DNA of 64,000 nt from the NCBI GenBank assembly GCA_963735035.1, contig CAVTJJ010000003.1, forward strand, positions 800,001-864,000, read 5' to 3'. Each line of letters starts with the position of its first letter. Position 1 is the first letter of the stretch. This stretch comes from an uncultured candidate division Zixibacteria bacterium (GTDB lineage: Bacteria; Zixibacteria; MSB-5A5; GN15; FEB-12). Shown piece by piece: positions 51,750-61,287 of this stretch. Under the pieces are notes generated by a model. That model was not told the DNA's origin. It was given only the letters and a program-made list of their open reading frames with translations, and did not search any database. The translations under genes and the position numbers were made by a program.

Positions 51750-53048
51750 CTAGAAAAGTGCGCCGTAGGTTATACCGGTGATAGTCGCCATAATCACCAC
51801 CAAAGATACATAGACAATCGTCTTCTTCATCCCCACAAGCGAGCGAAGTACCAGCATGCTTGGCAGCGACAGTGCCGGGCCCGCAAGCAAAAGTGCAAGC
51901 GCCGGACCCTTGCCCATACCGCTTCCTAACAAACCCTGTAGAATAGGCACTTCGGTCAGCGTGGCAAAATACATGAAGGCCGCAACCACGGCGGAGAATA
52001 GATTGGCCCAGAGCGAATTGCCGCCCACGGACCTACTGATCCATTCTGATGGAATCAGACCTTCATTTCCGGGGCGACCCAGTAGAAGTCCAGAGATCAG
52101 CACCCCGGCCAGCAACAGCGGGAGAATCTGCTTAGCGAACATCCAGGTCTGCGAAAACCACTCGCCCGCCTCCCCTTTGCTCCTGCTTGCCACGATCGCC
52201 AATCCTACCGAGCCTGCGGCAAACGCCAGCATGGGACTTACGAAGATGATTCCGACCGCCGCGGTGGCCGAAGCCACAGCCAACAACGGTGCGAGGCTGA
52301 ACTCGAACCAGAGCACCAGGAAAATTCCAAGAAGAATCGCCGCCGCTCCGGTGATCCACCATTTCACCGTATAGATCTGCATCCAGAGTCCGACCTCCAT
52401 CTCCGGCCTCGCCCAGTTGGCAAATACGAGGATGGATATCATGGAGCTGAAGTAGAGTACCGTCTGCCACAGCGGACGGGATGCTTCCGGTTCCGGCAGG
52501 TTCATCTGCGCTTCAACCCGATCAGCCTCTTCCTTTCGGAATATGAAGTGCATCAGCAGACCGATCACCACACTGAATAGGATCGCCCCTATCGCGCGCG
52601 CCACGCCCAGCTCGAGGCCGAGGATACGCGCCGTCAGAATGATCGCCAAGACGTTGATCGCCGGTCCAGCATAGAGAAAAGCGGACGCCGGTCCGAGCCC
52701 CGCCCCCATTCGATATATCCCGGCAAAAAGCGGCAGCACGGTGCAGGAACAGACCGCGAGAACCGTTCCTGACACCGAGGCCACACCGTAGGCCATGAAC
52801 CGGTTAGCGCGCACCCCCAGGTACTTCATAACTGAGGCCTGCTTGACAAAGACACCGATGGCACCTGCAATGAAGAAGGCGGGAATCAGGCAAAGAATGA
52901 CATGCTCACGGGCGTACCAGCGCGACAACTCAAGCGCTTCGTTGACCGCTCCGCGGAACCGTGGCGCCTCTGTCGGCAGGAAGAAGATTATCAGAAAGGC
53001 AGCCGTCAGAGCTACCAGTCCTTTCCATTCCTGTTTCCAGTCTATCAT
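51750..53048 (-). CDS. ArsP-family permease
   Basis: LAVCSCTVLP, YFATLTEVP, GPALSLP. Confidence 0.88.
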   Translation of the reverse strand: MIDWKQEWKGLVALTAAFLIIFFLPTEAPRFRGAVNEALELSRWYAREHVILCLIPAFFIAGAIGVFVKQASVMKYLGVRANRFMAYGVASVSGTVLAVCSCTVLPLFAGIYRMGAGLGPASAFLYAGPAINVLAIILTARILGLELGVARAIGAILFSVVIGLLMHFIFRKEEADRVEAQMNLPEPEASRPLWQTVLYFSSMISILVFANWARPEMEVGLWMQIYTVKWWITGAAAILLGIFLVLWFEFSLAPLLAVASATAAVGIIFVSPMLAFAAGSVGLAIVASRSKGEAGEWFSQTWMFAKQILPLLLAGVLISGLLLGRPGNEGLIPSEWISRSVGGNSLWANLFSAVVAAFMYFATLTEVPILQGLLGSGMGKGPALALLLAGPALSLPSMLVLRSLVGMKKTIVYVSLVVIMATITGITYGALF

Positions 53049-53058
53049 TCGCGGCTCC

Positions 53059-53394
53059 TCAACGACTCACCTGGCTCTTTGTTGCGGCCACCGCCACTCG
53101 CGCGTTGGCTTTCAGCACCCTCTCCACACAGCCAAAGAAATTCAGAATGCATGGCACTTTGAGCCGATACCACACCTGAAGTCCCCGCTTCTCGTCCTGG
53201 ACTAATCCGGCCTGCTTTAGGATCGACAAATGCTTGGAAACGGTGGATATGTCGTCGCCGATCATGTCGCGCAGCTCGCAGACGCATCGCTCCGCACGCG
53301 ATAGTTCATCGACTATCAGCAGCCGGGTTGGGTGGGCCAACGCCTTGATCACTACGGCGCGGGCTTCGAAGGTTCTCTTTGTGTTTTCGTTCAT
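53059..53394 (-). CDS. ArsR/SmtB transcriptional repressor
   Basis: KALAHPTRL, CVCEL, TVSKHL..LK..G. Confidence 0.93.
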   Translation of the reverse strand: MNENTKRTFEARAVVIKALAHPTRLLIVDELSRAERCVCELRDMIGDDISTVSKHLSILKQAGLVQDEKRGLQVWYRLKVPCILNFFGCVERVLKANARVAVAATKSQVSR

Positions 53395-53418
53395 ACTAAG
53401 ATATCTACCACTTGCCTG

Positions 53419-53436
53419 TTTGGCAAAATAACCAAA
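53419..53436. promoter_or_regulatory. Candidate ArsR operator
   Basis: tttgg-caaaataa-ccaaa inverted repeat just upstream of arsR. Confidence 0.5.
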
Positions 53437-53492
53437 TAGCTGAACCAGTCAAGGTTTTTTTCTGATTTCTATATCTAGTTGGCGCCCAATGC

Positions 53493-53525
53493 AAAACCGG
53501 CGAGGGTGTAACGCCCCCGCCGGTC
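53493..53525 (-). terminator. Terminator after the MCP gene
   Basis: accggcg...cgccggt stem with a T run on the minus strand. Confidence 0.65.
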
Positions 53526-53548
53526 ATCAAAGACTAAGCGAAATAGTT

Positions 53549-55597
53549 CTAGGCCCGGTTACCCTGCAGTACCTTGAACTTCGAAACCATCTGGCGCATA
53601 GCCTCGGCCTGACGGTTCAGCTCTTCCGCCGCCGCCGCCGACTGCTGCGCACCGGTCGCAGATTCGCGAGCGATGGCCGTAACGTTTTCCACGTTCTTGG
53701 AAATCTGCTCGGCCGCCGAAGACTGCTCTTCGGAAGCTGTCGCTATCTGCTGAATCATGTCCTGCACCTGCTGGGCCATGCTAACGATCGAGGTCAGGCT
53801 GTTTCCCGCCTGATCAGCCAGTTCACGACCCTTGTCGACTTCCTGGATACCGGTTTCCATCGACTTGACCGCTTCTTCGGTCTCCTGCTGGATACCTTTG
53901 ATCATGCCGGTGATTTCGCCGGTCGCTTTGCCGGTACGCTCGGCCAGTTTGCGGACTTCATCGGCTACGACTGCGAAACCGCGACCCTGCTCGCCGGCGC
54001 GAGCCGCTTCGATAGCAGCGTTCAGAGCCAGCAAGTTGGTCTGGTCGGCGATGTCATCGATTACGCCGATGATCTCACCGATCTGGTCGGCCGACTTGGC
54101 CAGCTTGGCAATCGATTCCGCCGATTCACGAACCACGGCGGCAATGCGCTGCATACCCTGAATCGTTCCGTTAACGATCTGGCCACCGGAGGTAGCCGTC
54201 TCGGCAGCCTTGTGAGCACCAGTGGTGGCGTCTCCGGCATTCTTGGAGGACTCGACAATGGTAGCCGTCATCTCTTCGACCGCGGTCGAGACCTGACCCA
54301 TCTGGTCGGTCTGATCCTTGGCGCCGCGTGACATCTGCTCCGAAGACGACGCCACTTCGTTGGCGGCCGATACCAGTTGTCCGGCACCGTCGGTCAACTG
54401 ACGGATCATGTCGGACAGATTGATCGTCATGCTCTTGAATGATTTGCCCAGCACGTCGGCATCTGATTTCGGCTCGACTTTGACGGTCAGGTCGTTGTCG
54501 GCGATACGTTGGGCCGCGTTGGCTAATCCCTTCATGTACTCAATAAGGCCGCGGAAGGCCTGAGCGAGGACACCGATCTCGTCCTTGGACCGTACTTCGA
54601 TGTCATGATCCACATCACCCAGCGCAATCTGCTGCGCCACGTTCGCCATTTGCGAAACCGGCCGTGAAATCAAGCGCGATACGTAGAAGGCGATAAAGGC
54701 CCCGAGTACTAGCGCTATCATTGAAATTAGGATAGGCAACATGGCACTGGACTCGGCAGCGTCGATAGTGGATTTCGTCTGCGTTGCGCCGGCTTCCGCT
54801 GCCTTGGCATACCCGTCTTCAATAAGGGGTTCAAGTTGATGCACAGCTTCGCGCATGATGTCAGTCTGTTTTGTTATTTCCTGGTCTTTTCCTACCAATG
54901 CCAGAAACGAGGCCTCGTATTTTGAGGCACCGCTGTTGAGGGCCTCTTTCTGAGAAGCGCTCAACCTGCTGCTACGGCCATTAAGCTGCATAACCGCCAG
55001 TTGCTCCTGGACTGACTTGACGTACTTCTGATCAAGCCGGAGCAAATAGTCCTTCTCATTCTTTCTGACCGTCAGGAGGTCGGCCTTCAGTTGAAGGTCC
55101 TTGCTATCGGTCGCTACGGCTTCAAGTGCGTGCGCAGCCTCTCTAAACTGACCCTGCAGACCGGAATTCTCATCCAGTCCCTTTTCCTGACAGGCAGTAG
55201 TCACTGTATGAAAACCTGATAAGTAGATATCAGCATTCTTGCCTATAGTTGCCGCCTTCTCAGCCCCTTCTTTGTCGCCGTGTGATTGCTCGATTTCTTC
55301 CAAATTCTGAGCTTCAGCTTTCAATTTTGCTACCGCCTCATCCACCATTGCGACGTATTTTACATCCAGGCGGAGCAAGAAGTCTTTCTCTGACCGGCGG
55401 GCCTGCAGCATATAGCGATCGATGTTGGCATTGGCGATCTGCGCACCTAAGTCCTGACTGATGGTGCCCTCGAAACCACCCAATGTGCCCTTGAGATTGT
55501 TGTAAGACATGAATGTCACTATTGCCAGCAAAACCAGCACAGCGCCGAAACCGGTATACAGTTTCGCTCCCACGTTGAAATCTCTAAAGTTCTTCAT
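53549..55597 (-). CDS. Methyl-accepting chemotaxis protein, helical (HBM-like) sensor
   Basis: Duplicated [13 protein letters not shown] / [20 protein letters not shown] signature. Confidence 0.93.
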   Translation of the reverse strand: MKNFRDFNVGAKLYTGFGAVLVLLAIVTFMSYNNLKGTLGGFEGTISQDLGAQIANANIDRYMLQARRSEKDFLLRLDVKYVAMVDEAVAKLKAEAQNLEEIEQSHGDKEGAEKAATIGKNADIYLSGFHTVTTACQEKGLDENSGLQGQFREAAHALEAVATDSKDLQLKADLLTVRKNEKDYLLRLDQKYVKSVQEQLAVMQLNGRSSRLSASQKEALNSGASKYEASFLALVGKDQEITKQTDIMREAVHQLEPLIEDGYAKAAEAGATQTKSTIDAAESSAMLPILISMIALVLGAFIAFYVSRLISRPVSQMANVAQQIALGDVDHDIEVRSKDEIGVLAQAFRGLIEYMKGLANAAQRIADNDLTVKVEPKSDADVLGKSFKSMTINLSDMIRQLTDGAGQLVSAANEVASSSEQMSRGAKDQTDQMGQVSTAVEEMTATIVESSKNAGDATTGAHKAAETATSGGQIVNGTIQGMQRIAAVVRESAESIAKLAKSADQIGEIIGVIDDIADQTNLLALNAAIEAARAGEQGRGFAVVADEVRKLAERTGKATGEITGMIKGIQQETEEAVKSMETGIQEVDKGRELADQAGNSLTSIVSMAQQVQDMIQQIATASEEQSSAAEQISKNVENVTAIARESATGAQQSAAAAEELNRQAEAMRQMVSKFKVLQGNRA

Positions 55598-55724
55598 AAT
55601 TCCTTCGTCCTTCCCCTTACGTTTATTTGAGCAGGAATGATTGCAGTCCCGCTAATTCCCTCTAAGTCTCTGATAGGGGCGGGTCCGAAGATGAACTCGC
55701 CCCACAGTATTCGCTACCTCTGCC

Positions 55725-57170
55725 TCAGAACGCCATCTGCAGGTTGATCGAGGTGGTAGTCTTCTGACCCAGGTGGTCGCCGGTGTCATCAAGATCAACG
55801 TTGAACTGCAATTTGGTGTACTTGTCATCCACGAACAGGTTGGTGCCAAACGTCAACCGCGAGGTCGTATTCTTGGTAACGGCCCGGTTCGGATCCGTCT
55901 GCTCATAGCGAGTCAGGAACTCCACCATCGGCAGGAACTGCCAGCCGGTGCTCAGGCCCTGTGACGCATAGGTGTACCAGCCCGCTTTGTCGGTAGTGCC
56001 GGTCTGGTTGTAGATCATCTCAGCCATCACCTGGGTCTTGGACCATTTCCAGCCCAGTGAGGCTCCGTATACGGTCATGTCCTTGGCGACACTGTCAACA
56101 CCGTTGTCTTTGCCGTCCAGGACGTTCGAGGCAAAGGTGAACATGTTGAAGAACTGGAATTCGCCGCGGAAGACGAAATTCTTACGACCGTTGGCGTCGG
56201 TGGTATTCACACCGGAACCGTTGAAGACACCCGACGTGAGTTTGAAATTGAACTGCTTGCTGACCTTCTGACGGTACGACAGACTCGCACCGATGTCCCG
56301 GTTCGGGCCGTAGGCCGAAGCCAGGGAACTGTTGATAAACGGCATGGACGTGGATGAAACCAGAAAGTCGGTGCCGAACGGAGTCTTGTACTGACCCAGG
56401 CTCATCGACCAGTTCGGATGAGGCGACACGGTCAGTTCGGCGTCGTTCAGGGCCGGAGTGGAACCGGCAAATTGGCTGACTACCTTGATGCGGGCGTACT
56501 TGTTCAGTTCACCGCTGACACCAAGTTCGGCGCGACGCGTCCGGAAAGTCGACTTTTCATGCGACGGATCGACGAAGTGCGAATGCACGAATCCGGTAAC
56601 AGCGATCTTGCCGTGACCGATTCGGGCAGCGTTGATATCGGAACCGTTCTTCAGAGCCGCTCCCTCGAGCTGCTTGTTGATTGTTCCCAGACGTTCGTAG
56701 ATCTTGTCCAGCACGGTATCCTGCTGCTCAGGAACGTAGAATCCCTCGTTGTCGAGCGAAGCCAGCAGCTTCTGGTTCGAGGCGTTGTTGGCCTGAAGCG
56801 TCGACATTTCGGCTTTAATCGAGGCGATGTCGCTGACCAAATTGGACAGATCAGCCTCGGAAAGTGACGGCTGGGTCTTCTGAGCCGCCAGCTTGGCCAC
56901 TTCCGCCTTCAGAGTCTGCAGTTCCTGCTGCATCTGCGCGAGAACTGAATTGTCTACCGCGCCGCCGGTCGCGGGCGTCTGTTTCATTTCGGTGCGAAGT
57001 TTCTGCACCTCTTGTTGACGCGCAGTGGATTCCTGCTCCACGAGAGCCTTCAAATTGGCTTCCACTTTGTCAACCGCCTGCAGCAGGGCATTGAAGTCCT
57101 GCGCCATCAAACTCGTCTGGCTGACCAGCAGCAGTACGAGCACGACTAGAGCATTAAGTAGCCCCCTCAT
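55725..57170 (-). CDS. OprO/OprP-like porin with long N-terminal coiled coil
   Basis: FRTRRAEL...G, LGQYKTPFG, RDIG, GVFNGSG, C-terminal Phe (LQMAF). Confidence 0.8.
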   Translation of the reverse strand: MRGLLNALVVLVLLLVSQTSLMAQDFNALLQAVDKVEANLKALVEQESTARQQEVQKLRTEMKQTPATGGAVDNSVLAQMQQELQTLKAEVAKLAAQKTQPSLSEADLSNLVSDIASIKAEMSTLQANNASNQKLLASLDNEGFYVPEQQDTVLDKIYERLGTINKQLEGAALKNGSDINAARIGHGKIAVTGFVHSHFVDPSHEKSTFRTRRAELGVSGELNKYARIKVVSQFAGSTPALNDAELTVSPHPNWSMSLGQYKTPFGTDFLVSSTSMPFINSSLASAYGPNRDIGASLSYRQKVSKQFNFKLTSGVFNGSGVNTTDANGRKNFVFRGEFQFFNMFTFASNVLDGKDNGVDSVAKDMTVYGASLGWKWSKTQVMAEMIYNQTGTTDKAGWYTYASQGLSTGWQFLPMVEFLTRYEQTDPNRAVTKNTTSRLTFGTNLFVDDKYTKLQFNVDLDDTGDHLGQKTTTSINLQMAF

Positions 57171-57348
57171 GCTGTCCCTTCCTTTCCGTGTTGTTTATGT
57201 CTCATCAGTTTTCTTGGTATTCGAATTCAAACAGGTCATTCGGCCTGCTGTCTCGATTACATCCGGGTTGTTCCATCAACCCGTTCTCTGAATCTGGAGC
57301 ACTGACGATGAAGTATCCTATTCGCATGTACTGTGCCCCCTCCCGTTA

Positions 57349-57416
57349 ATGTCGGATTGTATCGGTCGCACTTTATGCCTAAACGGCGACCATAGAATGA
57401 CTATGGTTTGTAGTCA
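57349..57416 (-). promoter_or_regulatory. Sigma28-like promoter plus upstream palindromic operator
   Basis: TAAA-N15-TCCGACAT (57349-57375); TGACTA-N7-TAGTCA (57398-57416). Confidence 0.6.
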
Positions 57417-57552
57417 ATAACATACCGTGTTCGCAACTTCTGGTGTCTGTTCTATCCGCTCATTCCAGAGGCGCGCAGGCCGGTTTGGCCCGCGCGCCTT
57501 ATCGTTACTACGTCAAGAAAACCGGAGAGGATACGTCTCCCACCCGGATCAC

Positions 57553-59898
57553 TTATTTGACAGCCCCAGCCGTCATATGCTGGGACAACTCACCCAACCG
57601 GGCTATAACCTCGCGTGACGCTTCATGAGCCTGCTCGCTGAGCTGAGCTGCCTGTTCCTTGTGGCCTGCTTTGATCGCTGCCACGGCCTTATTGGCCAGG
57701 TCATGAACCCGCGCATGCGGCGGCTCCACCTGACGATAGGCGCCGTCCTGTCTCAGATCGGAGGTAGCATCCGAATAGTACCATTTCCCAAAACGGCAAT
57801 TGTGATGGTCTACGGTCTTCCACTGTTGGGCCGACTCGGGGTATCTAATAGTCTCATCGAGTTTCTTCACATAGATAGCGTGGTCCTGTTTGGCCAGATC
57901 AACTATACCCGTATTGTTGCCCAGGATTCGGAAGATCGACACGATCTGGCGCATCGATTCGGCCTGACGGTTCAGTTCTTCCGCCGCCGCGGCCGACTGC
58001 TGCGCACCGGCAGCAGATTCCCTTGCTATCGACGAAACGTTTTCCACGTTCTTCGAAATCTGCTCCGCCGCTGAGGACTGCTCACCGGCCGCCGCCGCAA
58101 TTTGCTGGATCATATCCTGCACCTGCTGGGCCATGGTCACGATCGAAGTCAGGCTGTTGCCGGCCTTGTCCGCCAGATCGCGACCCTTGTCAACTTCGTG
58201 AATACCGGTTTCCATCGACTTGACCGCCTCGACAGTCTGTTGCTGAATGCCTTTAATCATGCCGGTGATCTCTCCGGTCGCCTTGCCGGTACGTTCGGCC
58301 AGCTTGCGGACTTCATCGGCCACCACCGCGAATCCACGCCCCTGCTCACCGGCCCGGGCCGCTTCAATGGCGGCGTTGAGAGCCAACAGATTGGTCTGGT
58401 CGGCGATGTCATCGATTACGCCTATGATCTCGCCAATTTGATCGGCCGATTTAGCCAGCTTGCCGATCGAATCCGCCGATTCACGGACCACGGCGGCGAT
58501 CCGCTGCATTCCCTGAATCGTGTCGTTCACAATCTGGCCACCCGTACCCGCGGTATCGGCCGCGCTGCGGGCGCCGGTGGTGGCGTCGGAGGCGTTCTTC
58601 GATGATTCTACTATCGTCGCCGTCATCTCTTCCACCGCCGCCGAGACCTGGGCCATTTGATCGGTTTGATCCTTGGCGCCACGCGACATCTCCTCCGAAG
58701 ACGAAGCAACTTCGGTGGCCGCCGACACCAACTGCCCGGCGCCATCGGTCAATTGACGAATCATATTGGACAGATTGACCGTCATAGTCTTGAACGAGTT
58801 GCCGAGTACATCGCCGTTGGAGCGCGGCTCGACTATAGTCGTAAGATCATTGTTAGCTATACGCTCGGCCGCCAGCGCCATGGACTTCATGTAACTGATG
58901 AGCTCCTGGAACGACGTGGCCAGCTTGCCGATTTCGTCCTGAGAGCGTACCTCGATGGTGTGATCGATATTTCCCTGGGAGATTTCCGCCGCCACTCGGG
59001 CCATTTCCGACACCGGGCGCGAAATGCCGCGCGCGATGAAGAAGGCCGCCACGATGCCTATCAGGACCGCCGCTATCACGAAGATCTCTGACAGAGTCAT
59101 GGCAGACTGCTGGGCGGACAGTTCTTGTTCCTGCATGACGGCGCCCAGGGCCGCGCTTTTGGCCACCAACTGGTCGGCTATACCAGCCAGTTCTTTTCCG
59201 ACCGCCTGCTGTTCTTCACGGACTTTGAAGTATTCCTGAAAGGCGGCGTAGTACCCCTGGAAACCGGCCGTGACTTCGTCAACCTGAGCCCGATTGGCGT
59301 TGCCGACGCGAATGGTCAGGAGATGAGCCAGCATCTTTTCCTGAGTCTTGCCGACCTCATCCACGTACTTTTGTTCGTCGCGAAGGATATAATTCTTCTC
59401 TGCCTGACGGCACTGGCGTATTCCGGCTTCCAGCTTGAATCCGTCGAGCCCGCCCATAGCCTGGGCCGCCGCCAGGGCCTTACGTCCGGTGGCAACCATC
59501 TGTTCATCTAATTTAACCTGGGTGTAAGATTCCTCGGTGAATTTGCCAAATTGATTCAAGTAAGAATCAAATTGGGATTTGATTTGATCGAGCGTTGCCC
59601 GATCCTCTTCCCGGACCACCATGGCAGCGGTGGAATCTATCTGCTGAAGACACACGTTGACGTAACTACGAAGAGCATCATCGAACTTCTTGTCACTGGT
59701 AGCAAAGAAGTCCCGACGTGCCACTTCGCAGTCTTTGGCGGTCTTGATAATGTTGTCAACACCGCTGGCGCATTGCACCATGTTTTCCACCTTGTTGAAG
59801 CCGTTTAGGGCGGTCAATCCGACCGCCACGACCAGCACCAACAGGATCCCGAAACCAACATACAGTTTCTGAGCGACCTTAAGGTTATTCCAGCTCAT
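57553..59898 (-). CDS. Methyl-accepting chemotaxis protein with C-terminal CZB zinc-binding domain
   Basis: MCP signature; [21 protein letters not shown]. Confidence 0.92.
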   Translation of the reverse strand: MSWNNLKVAQKLYVGFGILLVLVVAVGLTALNGFNKVENMVQCASGVDNIIKTAKDCEVARRDFFATSDKKFDDALRSYVNVCLQQIDSTAAMVVREEDRATLDQIKSQFDSYLNQFGKFTEESYTQVKLDEQMVATGRKALAAAQAMGGLDGFKLEAGIRQCRQAEKNYILRDEQKYVDEVGKTQEKMLAHLLTIRVGNANRAQVDEVTAGFQGYYAAFQEYFKVREEQQAVGKELAGIADQLVAKSAALGAVMQEQELSAQQSAMTLSEIFVIAAVLIGIVAAFFIARGISRPVSEMARVAAEISQGNIDHTIEVRSQDEIGKLATSFQELISYMKSMALAAERIANNDLTTIVEPRSNGDVLGNSFKTMTVNLSNMIRQLTDGAGQLVSAATEVASSSEEMSRGAKDQTDQMAQVSAAVEEMTATIVESSKNASDATTGARSAADTAGTGGQIVNDTIQGMQRIAAVVRESADSIGKLAKSADQIGEIIGVIDDIADQTNLLALNAAIEAARAGEQGRGFAVVADEVRKLAERTGKATGEITGMIKGIQQQTVEAVKSMETGIHEVDKGRDLADKAGNSLTSIVTMAQQVQDMIQQIAAAAGEQSSAAEQISKNVENVSSIARESAAGAQQSAAAAEELNRQAESMRQIVSIFRILGNNTGIVDLAKQDHAIYVKKLDETIRYPESAQQWKTVDHHNCRFGKWYYSDATSDLRQDGAYRQVEPPHARVHDLANKAVAAIKAGHKEQAAQLSEQAHEASREVIARLGELSQHMTAGAVK

Positions 59899-60103
59899 TT
59901 CAAACACCTCCAAACATCTTCACTTCACCGTATTGCATATCCCTGGTTTACAAACCCGTCACGTCGGACCAAGAGCGCAGATCTAGTCGGTACGAATTTC
60001 ATGTTGGGCTCTTGTCCTGGAATCATCATTTTCGCCGACCGTCACTGCGGTCGACCGTAGTCTCTGTTAAATTAGACTGGTTAGTACTAGTTTACATTTA
60101 GGA

Positions 60104-60173
60104 TTATCGGTCCTATGGACTGGCGGCTCTATGCCCAAAGAGTGACTCAAGATTGACTATGGTACATAGTCAA
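60104..60173 (-). promoter_or_regulatory. Sigma28-like promoter plus upstream palindromic operator
   Basis: TAGA-N16-ACCGATAA (60104-60131); ttgactatg-gta-catagtcaa (60153-60173). Confidence 0.6.
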
Positions 60174-60227
60174 TCGGAGACACCCTTCGCGACGCTCCGG
60201 GGAAGAGATATTAGGCGGTCGGCCTTC

Positions 60228-61136
60228 TTAGAGGCTTTTCAGAAGCGATTCGAGATTGGTGACGCCGTCGGCGATCTCTAGTTTCTTGCGGATGCTTCGC
60301 CTCTGGTTGTGGACCGTGCAGACAGAGGTATGCAGCACCGAGGCGATCTGCTTCGACGAAAATCCGTTTCGAATCATGTTACAGACTTCCGATTCCCGTC
60401 GCGTCAGACTGGCGGACAAGTGGTCGAGCTTCCCGACAAAAGGATCGAGCAGGTCTCTGAGCGTGCTGTCGAGCAGACCGATCAGGTGCTGGTCGGAAGT
60501 GGGCAGTTTGTCCGCCAGTATCTGCAGCATCGGGCGAATTACCCGATTGACATTGGCCTGCAGTTGCTGGTTGGTGTTGGTCTTGTACTGTTCTATCTGC
60601 TCCATGATTTCTTTGAGCGCGATATTCTTGTTCTCAAGCATGGAGCGCTCCACCCGAAGCGTATTGTTGGTCGTTTCCAGCTCCTGAAGTATCTTCTGAC
60701 GCTCGGAAGTATCCTCAACTACAGTCACGAAGTGCACTTGTTTTCCGTCGCTGTCCTCGACCGGAGTTACTGTCTGGCTTACATGAACCAGCGACCCATC
60801 TTTCAGCCTGATCCCGATCGTGCTGACTTCGGCCACATCCTTCAACATTCGAACCAAAGTATCTGTGAGTTCAGACAAATCGGTTGAGTTAACCATCGCC
60901 GCCATCGCTTGAGGGAGTATCCCCGGCTTCGCGGGAATGGACTCAACATCAGAAGCACTGGAATTGAGAGCAGCAAAGTCACCTACGGTCTTCTTTGCTC
61001 CGGTCGTTTCGCCTGGATTTACAGGATTCAGCCGATTTGCCGGCCTATCAGAAGTCTGATGGGGAATCGATTCGACGGCGTCCTGTGTGATTTCGAGCGA
61101 ATTATTGTGAGCTAACGTATCGATGATTTGCCTCAT
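60228..61136 (-). CDS. LuxR-family regulator with partial GAF/PAC segment
   Basis: LTRRESEVCNMIRNGFSSKQIA..L..S..TV..QRRSIRKKL; KNIALKEI coiled coil. Confidence 0.85.
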   Translation of the reverse strand: MRQIIDTLAHNNSLEITQDAVESIPHQTSDRPANRLNPVNPGETTGAKKTVGDFAALNSSASDVESIPAKPGILPQAMAAMVNSTDLSELTDTLVRMLKDVAEVSTIGIRLKDGSLVHVSQTVTPVEDSDGKQVHFVTVVEDTSERQKILQELETTNNTLRVERSMLENKNIALKEIMEQIEQYKTNTNQQLQANVNRVIRPMLQILADKLPTSDQHLIGLLDSTLRDLLDPFVGKLDHLSASLTRRESEVCNMIRNGFSSKQIASVLHTSVCTVHNQRRSIRKKLEIADGVTNLESLLKSL

Positions 61137-61287
61137 GCCCTGATCCTTCTCCTGACTATTCTCATAGTCAATATATCGGTAGTTTTGAGCAAATCCTGAG
61201 CAGGGGAGAGAGGTAGGTCGGGTTCACGAGAGTCTCGCGAAGCGAGACGCGAGCAACCCGACACTGCCCGGCAACTGAGGCGAAAGA

